From assembly GCF_009914755.1 (NCBI RefSeq), contig NC_060931.1: DNA of 64,000 nucleotides. One strand, written 5' to 3'. Positions 28,811 to 40,816 of this stretch are shown here, one piece after another (positions within the stretch are counted from its first letter, which is position 1; every line of letters starts with the position of its first letter). Below the pieces are notes generated by a model. The model did not search any database. It was not told the origin of the DNA and saw nothing but the letters and a program-made list of their open reading frames with translations. This DNA comes from the human T2T-CHM13v2.0 reference genome, Homo sapiens. The translations under genes were made by a program, and so were the position numbers.

Positions 28811-29373
28811 CTGCAGGGAAGAGAGATTCACAGTTATTTGGTATGTCAATAAGCCCAGGATGCAGATCTTCTGGTGCTAGAGAGCTCTGTGCACAGCCAC
28901 TCTTGCAATAGTACTCCTGGAACCCCCTTCCCAGTTCCTTTGACCTGCAGAAAGGAGGCTGTGATCAGGGCTGTCCTCACAGACCTTCTCACGCTCCAGC
29001 TTCCTCGTAAAAGCTGCCAGGGAAGGACGACTAGCAGGATGCAGAGGCCCGAGGTCAAGGGAACTGGGAGGTGGGCCCTGGGGTCCTGGTCCAGACAGAG
29101 GACACTGCCTCTTGGGCTGTGTGGGTACGCATCTGAGGCCTTGCCCTCTGCTCAGGTGTGCCTGAGAGGATCGTGACTAACATTTGATGTGGGACGAGTT
29201 ACCCTCTATAACTTCAGTTTCTTCATCTTTATATTGGAGACATACCCATAATAATGACAATAATAAATTGCTTGTTTGGTTAAGCTGATGTTTTAATGAG
29301 TGGACTTGTGTCACACTTTAAATGGTGTCTGGCACATGGTAAGCACACAGGAAGTATTCTAGGTACTTTCCAT

Positions 29374-29538
29374 GTGGTGATGGTGGTTAATTGTGGTGGT
29401 GGTGGCAGTGGTAACGGTGGTTATGGTAATCGTGGTGGTGGTGATGGCGGTGGTTGTGGCAGTGGTGATGGTGGTGGTAACTGTGGTGGTGACGATGGTG
29501 GTGGTGGTGGTGATGGTGATGGTGATGGTGGTGGTGAT
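29374..29538. repeat. Degenerate (GGT/GAT)n trinucleotide repeat
   Basis: ggtggtggt…gatggtgatggt. It is the source of the spurious poly-His/Thr/Val/Gly ORFs. Confidence 0.92.
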
Positions 29539-29766
29539 GCAGACCCTGCCCTGTGCATGCTCTCTCACACATCCCTCGCATCAATCTTACAGATGAGGAA
29601 GTGAAGCCCCAAGGCCCAGAAGAACTGGGAGGATCGACACCACCCGGGTCTGTCTTGACACTGGGCGCACCTGCCCTTTTCCTGATGCTCCTCCATATCC
29701 CTCTCTTCTCTAGGTTCTCTCGGGCCCTCTTCCTGAACTCCCATGGTGGGGATTTAACATCTACTT

Positions 29767-30126
29767 CAAGCCTGTCCAACTCATGGCCTGGGACCACTTT
29801 AAATGTATCCCAATACAAATTCGTCAACTTTCTTAAAACATTATGAGGGTGGGCATAGTGGCTCACACCTGAAATCCCAGCACTTTGGGAGGCCAAGGCG
29901 GGCAGATCACCTGAGGTCGGGAGTTCGAAACCAGCCTGACCAACATGGAGAAATCCCGTCTCTACTAAAAATAAAAAATTAGCTGGGCATGATGGCACAT
30001 GCCTGTAATGCCAGCTACTCAGAAGGCTGAGGCAAGAGAATAGCTTGAACCCGGGAGGTGGAGGTTGCATGAGCTGAGATCGCACCATTGCACTCCAGCC
30101 TGGGCAACAAGAGAGAAACTCCATCT

Positions 30127-30197
<71 letters not shown>

Positions 30198-30311
30198 TTT
30201 TTTTGCAATTTTTTTTAAGCTCACCAGCTATCGTTAGTGTTTTTTATATGTGGTACAACACAATTTGTCTTCCAGTGTGGCCTAGGGAAGGCAAAAGATC
30301 AGACACCTCTG
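29767..30311. mobile_element. MER30 (hAT-Charlie MITE), split by an Alu
   Basis: Recalled MER30 body (caaattcgtcaactttcttaaaacattatga…gctatcgttagtgt…aaaagatcagacacctctg) and a perfect 8-bp TSD atctactt (29759-29766 and 30312-30319). Confidence 0.88.
29847..30194 (+). mobile_element. AluSp-like element with A32 plus (AT)18 tail
   Basis: Diagnostics gaggtcgggag, caacatggagaaa and gggcaacaagag. Confidence 0.9.
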
Positions 30312-30384
30312 ATCTACTTGTACAAACACAGTGCTCCACTTAGCCAGATGTTTCCTGAGGGCCCCACTTATTAATAGGGGGAGT

Positions 30385-30570
30385 GTTACAGTCTGAATGC
30401 TTGTGTGCTCCCAAATTCACATGCTGAAATCCTAACCTCCAAGATGGTGGTATTAGGAGGTGGGACTCTGGAATTTGATGAGGTCATGGGGGTTGAACCT
30501 CATGAAGGGATTGGTGGCCTTATCAAGGAGGCACCAGGGAGCGTGTCTACCCTTCCATCACATGATACGA
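30385..30570 (+). mobile_element. MLT1A-type MaLR LTR, 5' part
   Basis: tgttacagtctgaatg…ccaaattcacatgctgaaatcctaacc…gtattaggaggtggg. Confidence 0.8.
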
Positions 30571-32541
30571 TGGGCAAGACTCATGGAACTTGTGATGTGG
30601 AAGGGAAGGCAAGCATCCAACAAAAACCACACCAACTGCTAGAGAAATTAGAGCTGTGGTTTGCATTATGAAGGAAAAATTATGTGACGCTGTATTGGGA
30701 ACCTAATCTAGACTGAGGGAGGCTTTCTGAAGACGTGAGGTTAATAAAGGAACAAAGGGATGAGTCAGGAATGAGCTGGTCAAATGTGGGGAACAGCTCT
30801 GGAGGAGTGGAGAACAGCATTTGCTGGCCCTGAGGATGGTCACTGTGGTAGGTGTGCTTCTCCCAGGAGGCTCCTCCCCGTTCTACCTGCAGAAGAGGCA
30901 GCTGACTCAGTAGAGCTGCAATAAGCAGAACAGTCACACGCAAAGAGTCTGCAAAGACAGAACTGACCCCTAGGCCTCAGAACAATTTCACATTAACCAA
31001 AGCACACCACAGGTTTACATTACGAGCAACTAAACCAGGGGTGATGCAATTGTATTGTGGGTCACATTCACATCCTGATAGAAATTGCTATTCCCTCGTC
31101 ACAGCAACTTGGAGTTCTCTAATGCACATATGAGGACCTAGGGCTTAGATGAAAAGAGAGTTGGTGTGTTTTTTCTCTTTCCTGGTTTGGGGCCTCCTGT
31201 TACTGTCACATGTCTAATCATTTCTTACAAGGTCTGTGGTCAAGGCCAAGTGTCATGACGCGTGTGGCCCGCATCAATTAATTCCTGCCGTGGGAAAACA
31301 GGCACCTGAGGGCCCAGACAAGAGACTGGAACTCAGTTCAATGGGACGTTTCCCAAAGCGGCTAGGAGCTGATAAGGTGTCTGGGCCCAGCAGCAGCAGG
31401 ACACATGGAAGGGCTGGGAGAAGTCACTTATGATGTCTGTGCCCCATTTTCGCACCTGTCAAAGGGGAGCTACGACCTTGACTTCCAGGAAGGTGTCGGG
31501 GTAGATGCTTGCCCCGCTGCCCTCCTGGGAGGAAAGATCCACAAGTCATCGGGATTAGCCTGTCCCAGCTTCTTTGGAAACGTTCCTAAGGTCAATAGCA
31601 GACCCCGCACCCCTGCCCCCTTCCTCTGGCTGAGAGGTCCTGAGGACACAGATGAAGCTTCTTTCGTCTATCACAAGCAGCTCCGACAGTGCCCGGACCC
31701 TAGTAGGTTCTCCGGAAATGCTTGTAGAATGAAGCACTAGACATGAATGTTTTAAATATACACATGGATTAGGAGGGTACTTGTACATTCCAGGCCTTCT
31801 GAAATAATGCATTTAAAACAGATCGACAAAGACAGTCAGACGCATACAGCTTTGCCTTTAATAAGAACGCAGGGCTGAGTGGAAGCAAGCACTGAGTGTG
31901 GGGTGGGGGCAGATCTGAACACTGCCTTCAGGAGGAGTGGGTGTTCCACTGAGGAAGTGGGTGCACATGCAGCCGAGCTGCAAATGCTCTTATTTGGAGC
32001 TGGAGGAGAAACACAGCTGGAAGTTTCTCTGGCAGCCACAAATACAGAGGCAGAGACATCATTGGATTCACACCGTGAAGGCAAATGTAATTTCAATTGC
32101 CTTGAAAAATGGCAACGTCACTGTTAAGGTAATTATTCCTCCTACATCAAATTTACCCTTTTGTATTTGATCATGGGCAGCTTACTGCCAATGTGAAATT
32201 TGTGTATTACAGGTTGGGTGACCAATCACCCAATTTGCCTGCGACTGTCCCAGAAAACCTTCCCAGCATAGCTGGGCACCCTCATTGAAAGGAGGAGGCT
32301 GCACTGCTAAGGGGAGGAGGAGCACCTACAGATTCATGCACTGCCTTGCTGGGAAAGCCAAGGACACCCCTCCATTGCAGGATGTGCTCCCAGCAATGCT
32401 GTTCTGGAGCCGTTGCTGAACACCCAAAAGAAGACCCAGGAAACTCTACATCTACTGAGAACCTATGGAGAAACAACCAACACTGCACGCACTGGGAGCC
32501 CCTGAATTTATTGTATTTTCCTCAAGGTTAACATAGCTTTT

Positions 32542-32868
32542 AACATTTTACTTTTTAAAAAAAATTTCTTTTATTATTTTTTAAAGAGAAAGGATCTTGC
32601 TTTGTCACCCAGGCTGATGCAAGCTCAGTGGTATGATCATAGCTCACTACAGCCTTGAACTCCTGAGCTCAAACAATCCTCCTACCTTCACCTCCCAAGG
32701 AGCTGGGACTACAGGCCCGTGCCACCACACCTGGCTCATTTCTGTATTGTAGAGATGGGGGTCTTGTTATGTTGCCCAGACTGGTCTCAAACTCCTGGCC
32801 TCAAGCAATCCTCTTGCCTCAGCCTCCCAAAGTGTTGGGATTACAGCTGTGAGCCACTATGCCCAGCC
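32542..32868 (-). mobile_element. AluJ
   Basis: J diagnostics (gatcatagctcact, ctcaagcaatcctc). TSD catagcttt on both sides. Confidence 0.9.
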
Positions 32869-35269
32869 AGCATAGCTTTAAAAGTCCAAAAGGTGAAATA
32901 AAACTAAATCATAAGAGGCAAAGTCCATATAATTTGATGTTCGCATGCCATAATATACACGAAAGTGTATTTGCTATGAAGACAATATAACCTCCAGGAT
33001 CCATGCATAGCAGAAAAGTGCCATCTAACCAGGCTTATTAGAAAAATTGTAATTCATTTCCCAAATCGCAAATGTCTCCTGTGACCACAGGTCTACTCTC
33101 AACACAAATGAGTAGACAGGGCAAACTTCTAGGAAATGCAGTTGGTTAATGCCTTCCAAAGAATGAATCATTGGTCCAGGTGAGGCCACCTTGGCCCCCT
33201 GCACCTGAGTCTCCCTGATGAATGCTGAACAGAGGCCAGGAGGGCAGGTCGATCACCCAATTCCTGCCCTCCTAGGGCAGGCTTTCTTCAGATTTGTTGT
33301 GGTTCTGTGATAAAGCGTCAAGTGTAGGAAGGCTCTGGGATCACCGGGCATGGTAGTGATAATGAGACTGAGGGGAACGTGGTTTCCAACGTAGGACTCA
33401 GCCAAGGAACTCAGGGCCCAGCTTTCAGCCCGGGAGCATCTTGTAAACGGCTCGGGGCATCAAAACCTCAGAAATGCCACATAAATATTAATTGCCTAGA
33501 ACTTTCCAGGGTGGATAAGGCAGGCCACACGACTCAGACTAATCCAAGAAACAATCAAAACCTGGACTTTTGAATGCCCTTTGAAGCAGCTGACAGATGG
33601 CTGAGACTGTGCGAGAAACACAAGCCCGGCTCCCGCCCTGGCTAGCACTTTACAGCCACGGTGACCTTTCCTCCAAGCATGCCTGGGCCTCGCACGGCAC
33701 CAACGCCCACGGCTTCATCCAGGCCCGGCCTCTCTCTCTCCGTGGCCTGTGCATTTCTCCCCACTTTCTTTCTCACAGCACAACTTCCTCTGTTCTTTCG
33801 GGCTAGTCAAAACTTATTTTTTTTTTCCTTTCTGTAAGGCAGAGGAACGCATTCTCAGAAGCCAAAAGTCCCAATGTTATTATCTCCTCCGCTTGCTGGT
33901 TGTGGACCTCGGGCCAGCTTTCAGCATCTCTGGGCCCCAGGCCCTTCATGACTCTGCACAAGATGGAGAGGGTAAAAGAAAAAGATACAGAAACCAGTCA
34001 CTGAGATGACTTTTATAAAGCAGTGAGTACAGAGTGTGGTCATGGCCTTCACAGGATCCCAGTCGGTGCAATTCAAAATGCATGAAAGGCTCAAATGAGA
34101 TAGACAATCGTCTCCAACCTTAATGTAAAGTCACTTGGATAGCAATGGAAAATTGCAGATTCATAGGCTGAAAAATGTGATTCAAGATACAGATGTCCTA
34201 TGGACCTACATTGAGAAACAGCTTTAGAATCTCAGAAATGTACCCTGGGATCAGTAGAGTGACAGAGCTGATCCCAATCGCACTGCTTCAGACTCCTCCA
34301 GAGAGCCTTCCGATGATCAGCCCTTGAAATCGGTGGCTGTCATGTGTGTGGGGCAGACAGGATGCCTCGGAGCTGCACTTCAAGAGCCATCTTCAACAGA
34401 ATTTGTGCTCATTTTTATGACCCCTATTTAGCCATTCACCCCAATTTCTTCACTTTTCCCTCATTTTACATAAGTACACACATTCATCAACACATAAATT
34501 CCACAGGAATAAAAAAGCATAAAGAAAACCAAAGAGCCTTAAGTAATTTCTAATTGCCCCTATCCTGAGGAGATGGCATAAAACTTGCCATATCCCTTGC
34601 CATCTGGGTAAGGAGACTTTTCTCCCCAGCATCCATGGGTGGGCTGTGCATTCAATGATGACTGGCTAGCATCTTTGCTGGCTGATGTCTCAGGGCCACA
34701 TCACACAGCTATGAATGCCCCACCCTCACACTGGGACAAGCTCTGGGGAGCTGACCCAAGAGCCATCACAAATGGCCCCTGGGGAGCTCAGAGAGCCACC
34801 GAATCAGTGGGCGCTCAGGCTGTTCTTGCACAGGGCAACAAAGTTGTGACCTCTGGGTGTCCACAGGGACTCATCCCTCCAGGCAGTGCCTTTCACAGCA
34901 AGGCTGCCGGCCGGGTGTGGGGCCTCCTCCATTCTCAGTGCCCCGAGGCTTCTGAGTGGGAGATCTGGAGAGCTGTCTCCCTTCTCCATTGTGCCAGCAG
35001 TCCTACATGAGAGTAGCTTACCCAGCGTCTCCTGGGTTACCTGCTCTCTACGGAGCACACAGCTTGTGACCTGGGGATGAGCACTTCTTGTGCCCAAACT
35101 GATCCGTGTCTAAGTCCAGGCCCTGTGTGACCAAGCCAAGCGACTCACTCCTCTGAGCCTGGCCCACTTTATATAGAAAGTGAGGATAATCTTTAGCACC
35201 GAATGCTTGGGTACAAGTGAAAACATAAGCTTAGGATCTGGAAATAATCACTCAGAAAATAAAATCTTT

Positions 35270-35586
<317 letters not shown>

Positions 35587-36333
35587 AAAATAAAATCTTT
35601 TTCCAACCTCCCAATTATTAGCATAACTCCCCACACCCACTAGGAATGGGCAGGGACGGAGGGTCAATCCATTACTGAATCATGTCAGAATTGAAACACG
35701 TCTCAGAAGCCATCTGGCCCAAGCAGCCCTTTAATCTAGGAATTCCATTGCAGGGGCCAGGTGGGCAGTAATGTGCAGACCAGCACAAGACCAAAATGGA
35801 GAAGCCGGGGAAATCCAGAAAGTGCATGCTCTGCCCAAGGGACTTCAGATTCCGTAACTGTCCAACATTAGGCTGGAATGCAAGCATGTACGAGTGAATG
35901 AATGAATGAATGAATGAATAAGACTGGCGGCTTCCGTGCCAGCTGAGGGCCATGAGTTTGTGATGTGTGCTCTGTGGGGCCCCAAATGGATGATCTTCCA
36001 TCCTCTCCATGGACCAGTAGAAACTGTGGGTTAGGGTGGAACTGAGCTTGGGTTACAGTGGGGTTTAGATTCCACCTGTCATCATCACCAAGGAGCTGAG
36101 GACTGGAGCTGGCACCTACCATGCAGGAGGCTGACTTTCTCACCTGTGGACTGGAGCCTTCATCTGCCACTCTGGTCAGCACATGTGAGAGACACAGTGA
36201 CGCCGGCTCTCTCTCAACCCACTCCCATGTGACCGCCTCGCAGCTCCTGCCCACAGGCAAGCATGTCCCTGGATCTACGCTGCACCTCCAACCCTCTGGC
36301 CCCATTGAAATGCGCACACACAGTCGCCATCAC

Positions 36334-36597
36334 CTTTCTCAGTCTCGCAGCCCCTGTGCCGGAGCGGATGGCGTCCATCAAGGCTTGCCTTGCGTCTGCG
36401 GTGTTGCTGAGGGTGCCCGTGCTGAACCTGGAGGCCGTCCTTGGTGCAGAGAGAGCCTGGGAGGGTGGAGGGGGTGGTGGGGGAATGGCTGGTGGGGACA
36501 GAAGACCAAGGTCTTCTAGCAGAGGACTTTCCGAGCCCTGTGCAGAGAGTGCGGCATCTCGGAAGCTCTGGAGCTCCTCAGAAGCAGAGGATGCCAC
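36334..36597 (-). CDS. COBL: COBL coding exon, 264 nt, phase 0-0: proline-rich linker plus WH2 domain 3 ([20 protein letters not shown])
   Basis: Acceptor catctcattgccag|GTG and donor AAG|gtgatg. It lies within ORF 36214..36597. Confidence 0.95.
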
Positions 36598-36621
36598 CTG
36601 GCAATGAGATGATTAAATGAC

Positions 36622-36976
36622 TGCTATAGAGTGAATGTCTCCCAAAATTCAGCTGTGAAATCCCAACGCCCAAGGTAGTGGCATGAGGAGATGAGGATTG
36701 GGGGTGACTAGGTCATGAGGTGGAGCCCTCATGAATGGGATTAGTGCTCTTATACAAAAAAGGCTCCAGGGAGCTCTCTCACCTCTGCTACTATATGAGG
36801 ATGCAGAGAGAAGGCACTGTCTATGAACCAGAATGTGGGCCCTCACAAGATACTGAATCTGCTGGTGCCTTGATCTTAGACTTTGAGCATCCAGAACTGT
36901 GAGCAATAAAATTCTGTCATTTACAAGCCACCCAGTCTGTCAGATTCTGGTATAGCAGCCCAAACAGACTAAGGCG
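36622..36976 (+). mobile_element. MLT1A0-type MaLR solo LTR
   Basis: tgctatagagtgaatg…gagcaataaa…gtatagcagcccaaacagactaagg. 5-bp TSD atgac/gtgac. Confidence 0.88.
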
Positions 36977-37770
36977 GTGACACTGTCCCCAAAGGTTCTG
37001 AGAGAGCAGCACACAGCTGATTATCTTACCCCTGGACCTGAGACAGTTCTTTTGCAATAAGCCCAGGAAGTTTGTCCACTCCACGGCCGAGACATCTGCC
37101 CCCATGCTCTGTTGGCAGCCAAGTAACTGATCCCAGAGACTAGAAGTTGGCAGTCCTGCCTTACTGAGAACTCTCTGACCTCATGACTTTTCTTGGCATA
37201 TAAGAATAGACATAGAGGCTGGACACATACATCCAACCCATTACTGGGGGCAAGACATGCAGTCAGAACCTAATGAGTAATGTACAAATCACATTGCTCC
37301 TCAATTTCTGTGCATGGAAACTAAGATGAGACCATTCTGCCCTAAACTCGAGTCCATACTGGCTCCCAAGGATGTGCAAAAACCAGCGCTATATTCATGC
37401 AACAACTTTTTTCCAGGTGTGCAATGGCTTCAGTTCTGGTTGTCCAGTTAGTGAAGCCTGGAAACCACCCTAGGTGTCCAAGTGAATTTGGAAAAGTGCT
37501 CAGTTCTAGGCACAGGAAGGAACTGTGCTTCAGCAAAGGCTGAGAGAGTGTCTGGAAGCTCTTGCTGCTCCTTGCCATGGCTGCCCCAGGCTCTTGGAGC
37601 AGGGTGTCCACCCCAGTGTCTCACACAGGCTGGGATGGCCACTCTAAAGACAGATGGTTCACCATCCAATCGGAAGGACAGAAGCTTCTGCAGCCACCAC
37701 CCAAGTGCCTCGGAAGAAGGGGTGGGTGGGTTTGAGCTCCTGGCGCCATGGAAGGCCCTTCACCTCTTAC

Positions 37771-37890
37771 CTTCCTCAGGCTGCAGGTGCCGCTGTGCCC
37801 GCGGATAGCTGCCAGCAGTGCAGATCGTTCGCCCTCTGCCTCCGTGTAGGACAGTTTCGCTGGCCTGCCCTCCCCGGTGTGTTCTGCCGT
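37771..37890 (-). CDS. COBL: COBL coding exon, 120 nt, phase 0-0: [40 protein letters not shown] (WH2 domain 2)
   Basis: Acceptor aatattctag|ACG and donor AAG|gtaaga. It is missing from the ORF track because it is short; I translated it by hand. Typical WH2 pattern (R-x-ALL-xx-I-R-x-G…LRK). Confidence 0.95.
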
Positions 37891-37893
37891 CTA

Positions 37894-38164
<271 letters not shown>

Positions 38165-38339
38165 CTATAGGGTCAGTTTTACACCCTGTCTATGAGAAGG
38201 CACACATAAGAATCAAAGGCTACGTAGTTTCAAACTGCCTCTTAATGGCAGACCACTCCTGCTATTCATCCCAGTGTTCCAGAGCCGATGTGTGTGTTTA
38301 CATCTTGCAGACCCAGAAGAGAATCCATGGCCCCCACTA

Positions 38340-38490
38340 ACTAGTGCCTGACCTTGGACGAGGCCCCTTGGCCTCACTGTGCCTCAGTTTCATCTGCAAA
38401 ATGGAAGAAATATCTCATTATTAGCATTGGTGTAGCATGCAAATGAGATAATACTTGTGGTGTGTTAAGTGCCTAGACAATGGGCAAGGC
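38340..38490 (+). mobile_element. MIR
   Basis: gaccttggac…gcctcagtttcatctgcaaaatgga…aaatgagataat. Confidence 0.75.
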
Positions 38491-38936
38491 GTGTCCTACA
38501 ATTACTCCTGTGTTACTGAAGAATGACAGTTCGCTGCTGCTACAAATGCATATGGGAAAGAAGTGGCCCTGCCTGAATTTTCTCCTCTGTTCCATTGTTC
38601 AAGGATAACCATATGGATGGGCCTGCCCCTGGCCTCTCCATTCCTCTGGCCCTGTGGATGGACATCACTGGCTGTTACCTTTCCCACAGGGCAGCCAGGG
38701 GCCTGAAGTCAGTGTGGACTAGCCTCACACCCATCCATTTTGTCCCTTTAATAGTTCAGTACAAATATCTGGAGGCAGTATGATGGGAATTCTAGTTAAA
38801 ATGAAACCTGTGTGGTAAGCCTCACTGTTATCCTAATCCCGTCTCTCTCTCTCCTCCGCTTTATTCTGAGACTCTGAGACCAGTGCACTGAAGTGGGCAG
38901 GTGTGGAAGGCCTGCCCCGGAAGCCGCCATCCTCAC

Positions 38937-40816
38937 CTTGCGTAGTCTGTCCTTCCCTCCCGCAGAGTGGATGGCTTCCATCAGGGCAGAGTGCAGGGAT
39001 GTGTCTTTTGGGACTGGTCTCTGGACAACAGGTTTGAATTTTTTCTTCGGCCCAAAAATGCTGGGTGGCCAAATACTGTCTGTTTCATTTCCATCTGTAG
39101 AGAACACACTGGGCTTTTCCTCTCTTTCTAGGAGAATGTGGCTTTCTGTGCCAGACCCTCCTGGAGGGTGGGAAGGCTCGCCGTGGCCTGGGGCGCGCAC
39201 AGAGCCATTGACCAGCTCCCTGCTGCAGGCCTGAGTGTCAGATGTGTGTGGAGGGGGTGGGTCTGTACCATCAGGTGCGCGTCTGGGCTCAGATGCTGAG
39301 CTGGCCTCCTGGCTACTTGTGCTTTGCTTTCCACTGAAACCACAGCTCTGTCCCACAGAAACACGATCCCTCTGGGAAGACTGAACCAGTGAGAAACAGG
39401 AGCTTCTGTGGATAGCAGCAGGTCTGTCCTGAGTAGACAACTTCCTGTGTGGGCCAATGACCTCCCCCCTAGGAGGGGCTCCCACTGCCAAATCTTCCCC
39501 GTGGTTGTTGGGAGGAGTGACACAGGGCCACTGGGCACCATCCTTCCATCCTTGTGTCTCTGAGTGTGGGCTGGATGTCCTGTCATCTTTCACAGTGACA
39601 GGTGGTGCAGCCAGCACTGGCGCCTTGCCTGCATAACCCTTCTCGGCATAACCGTGTGGCCTCACCACATCAGCATGGACTTTTGGGGCTCCTATGCGCT
39701 TGGCAATGGCAGAGGCCACATACTGGCTGGACGTTCTTCTCTGAGGCTTGAGAAATGTGACTTCTGTGGTGTGAGCTGCTGGCACCCTCACGTGACCCAT
39801 GCCCATGGTGGGGGGCTGGTTTCTCCCCTCCCCTAGGGGGTTCCGGCCCTCATGGTGGGCAGACTTCTGCTGGGGCGATATTGGCTTGGGGTCTGCTTGG
39901 AGTCTGCTCTCTGGATTCTGCGTCTGCGTGGGCACAGGGGTGGAGGGGGGTCCCCTGGCAGAGCTCTCTGAGGGTCGGCCCAGGTGTTTTTCCACAGAGT
40001 TGCACCTCCAGAACTCTCTGACTTTCCCAATGGGCTGAGATTCTGCTTCAGGCACAGACGAAGACAGGGAAATGATCCTGATGCCGGTGGCGTGAGGACT
40101 CACCAAGTTCCCCAGCTCGTCAATCTTAATGGCTCCGGTGGAGAGGGACACATCTCTGTCGTAACATCGCATCTCTGACTTTGGAGGAATGATTTTATAC
40201 GTTGTGAGGCCGTGCTTAAGTCTGTAGCTTTTCCCTGGGTTTTGGCCTCGTTGGTGCCATGATGTTGGTGCCAAGGCAGCGTTTTTATCGTTGCTGTCCT
40301 TTTCATTCACCGGTTGGGAATTCACTCTCTCTGTGGCTTGAGTCCTCTCCCCGTCAGCACAGCCATACACTTTGTCTTTCACTTTTGCATTTAGGTTGTC
40401 TGTGTGAAGATTCGAAGCAAAAGAAGTCACCCTGGGCGCCGTTTCCATTAGATTCCCATCTTTAGAGATGTTAGATAAGGCCACACGGATTCCTTTTCCG
40501 ATGTCATGGGAAGCGGGGTGCAGGGCAGGTACTTCCTCCCTTGCCTTTTCATGGGGCTGGCTGTGCTCAGCTTGAAGTGGCGCCAGGGAGGCTCTCCTGC
40601 TGGCAACACCCTCCGAGTCGAAAGACCCAGCATTGTTGTTTCTATTGGAAAACAACCCCGAATCCACAGGATCATCTGAAACTTCCCCTATGAATGTTAC
40701 TGGGATTGCATCTGTGTCGCCGTGAGGGATCATGGCATCCTGTGGGCAGTGGTTGGATGCACCATGGATGGAGCTGGTGAGGGAGCTGGTGTCTGTTTCA
40801 TAGCTGTCTTCCATTT
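38937..40816 (-). CDS. COBL: COBL large coding exon, 1880 nt, phase 1 to phase 0: central region, lysine-rich K segment ([13 protein letters not shown]) and WH2 domain 1 ([20 protein letters not shown])
   Basis: 686-aa ORF 38796..40856. Acceptor ccctctttgcag|AAATG and donor CAAG|gtgagg. Confidence 0.97.

Noticed and set aside
29296-30208. 273-aa poly-His ORF and overlapping poly-Gly/Thr/Val ORFs
   Set aside because: They are read-throughs of (AT)n, an antisense Alu, MER30 and the (GGT)n repeat. Stop-poor simple repeats explain them.
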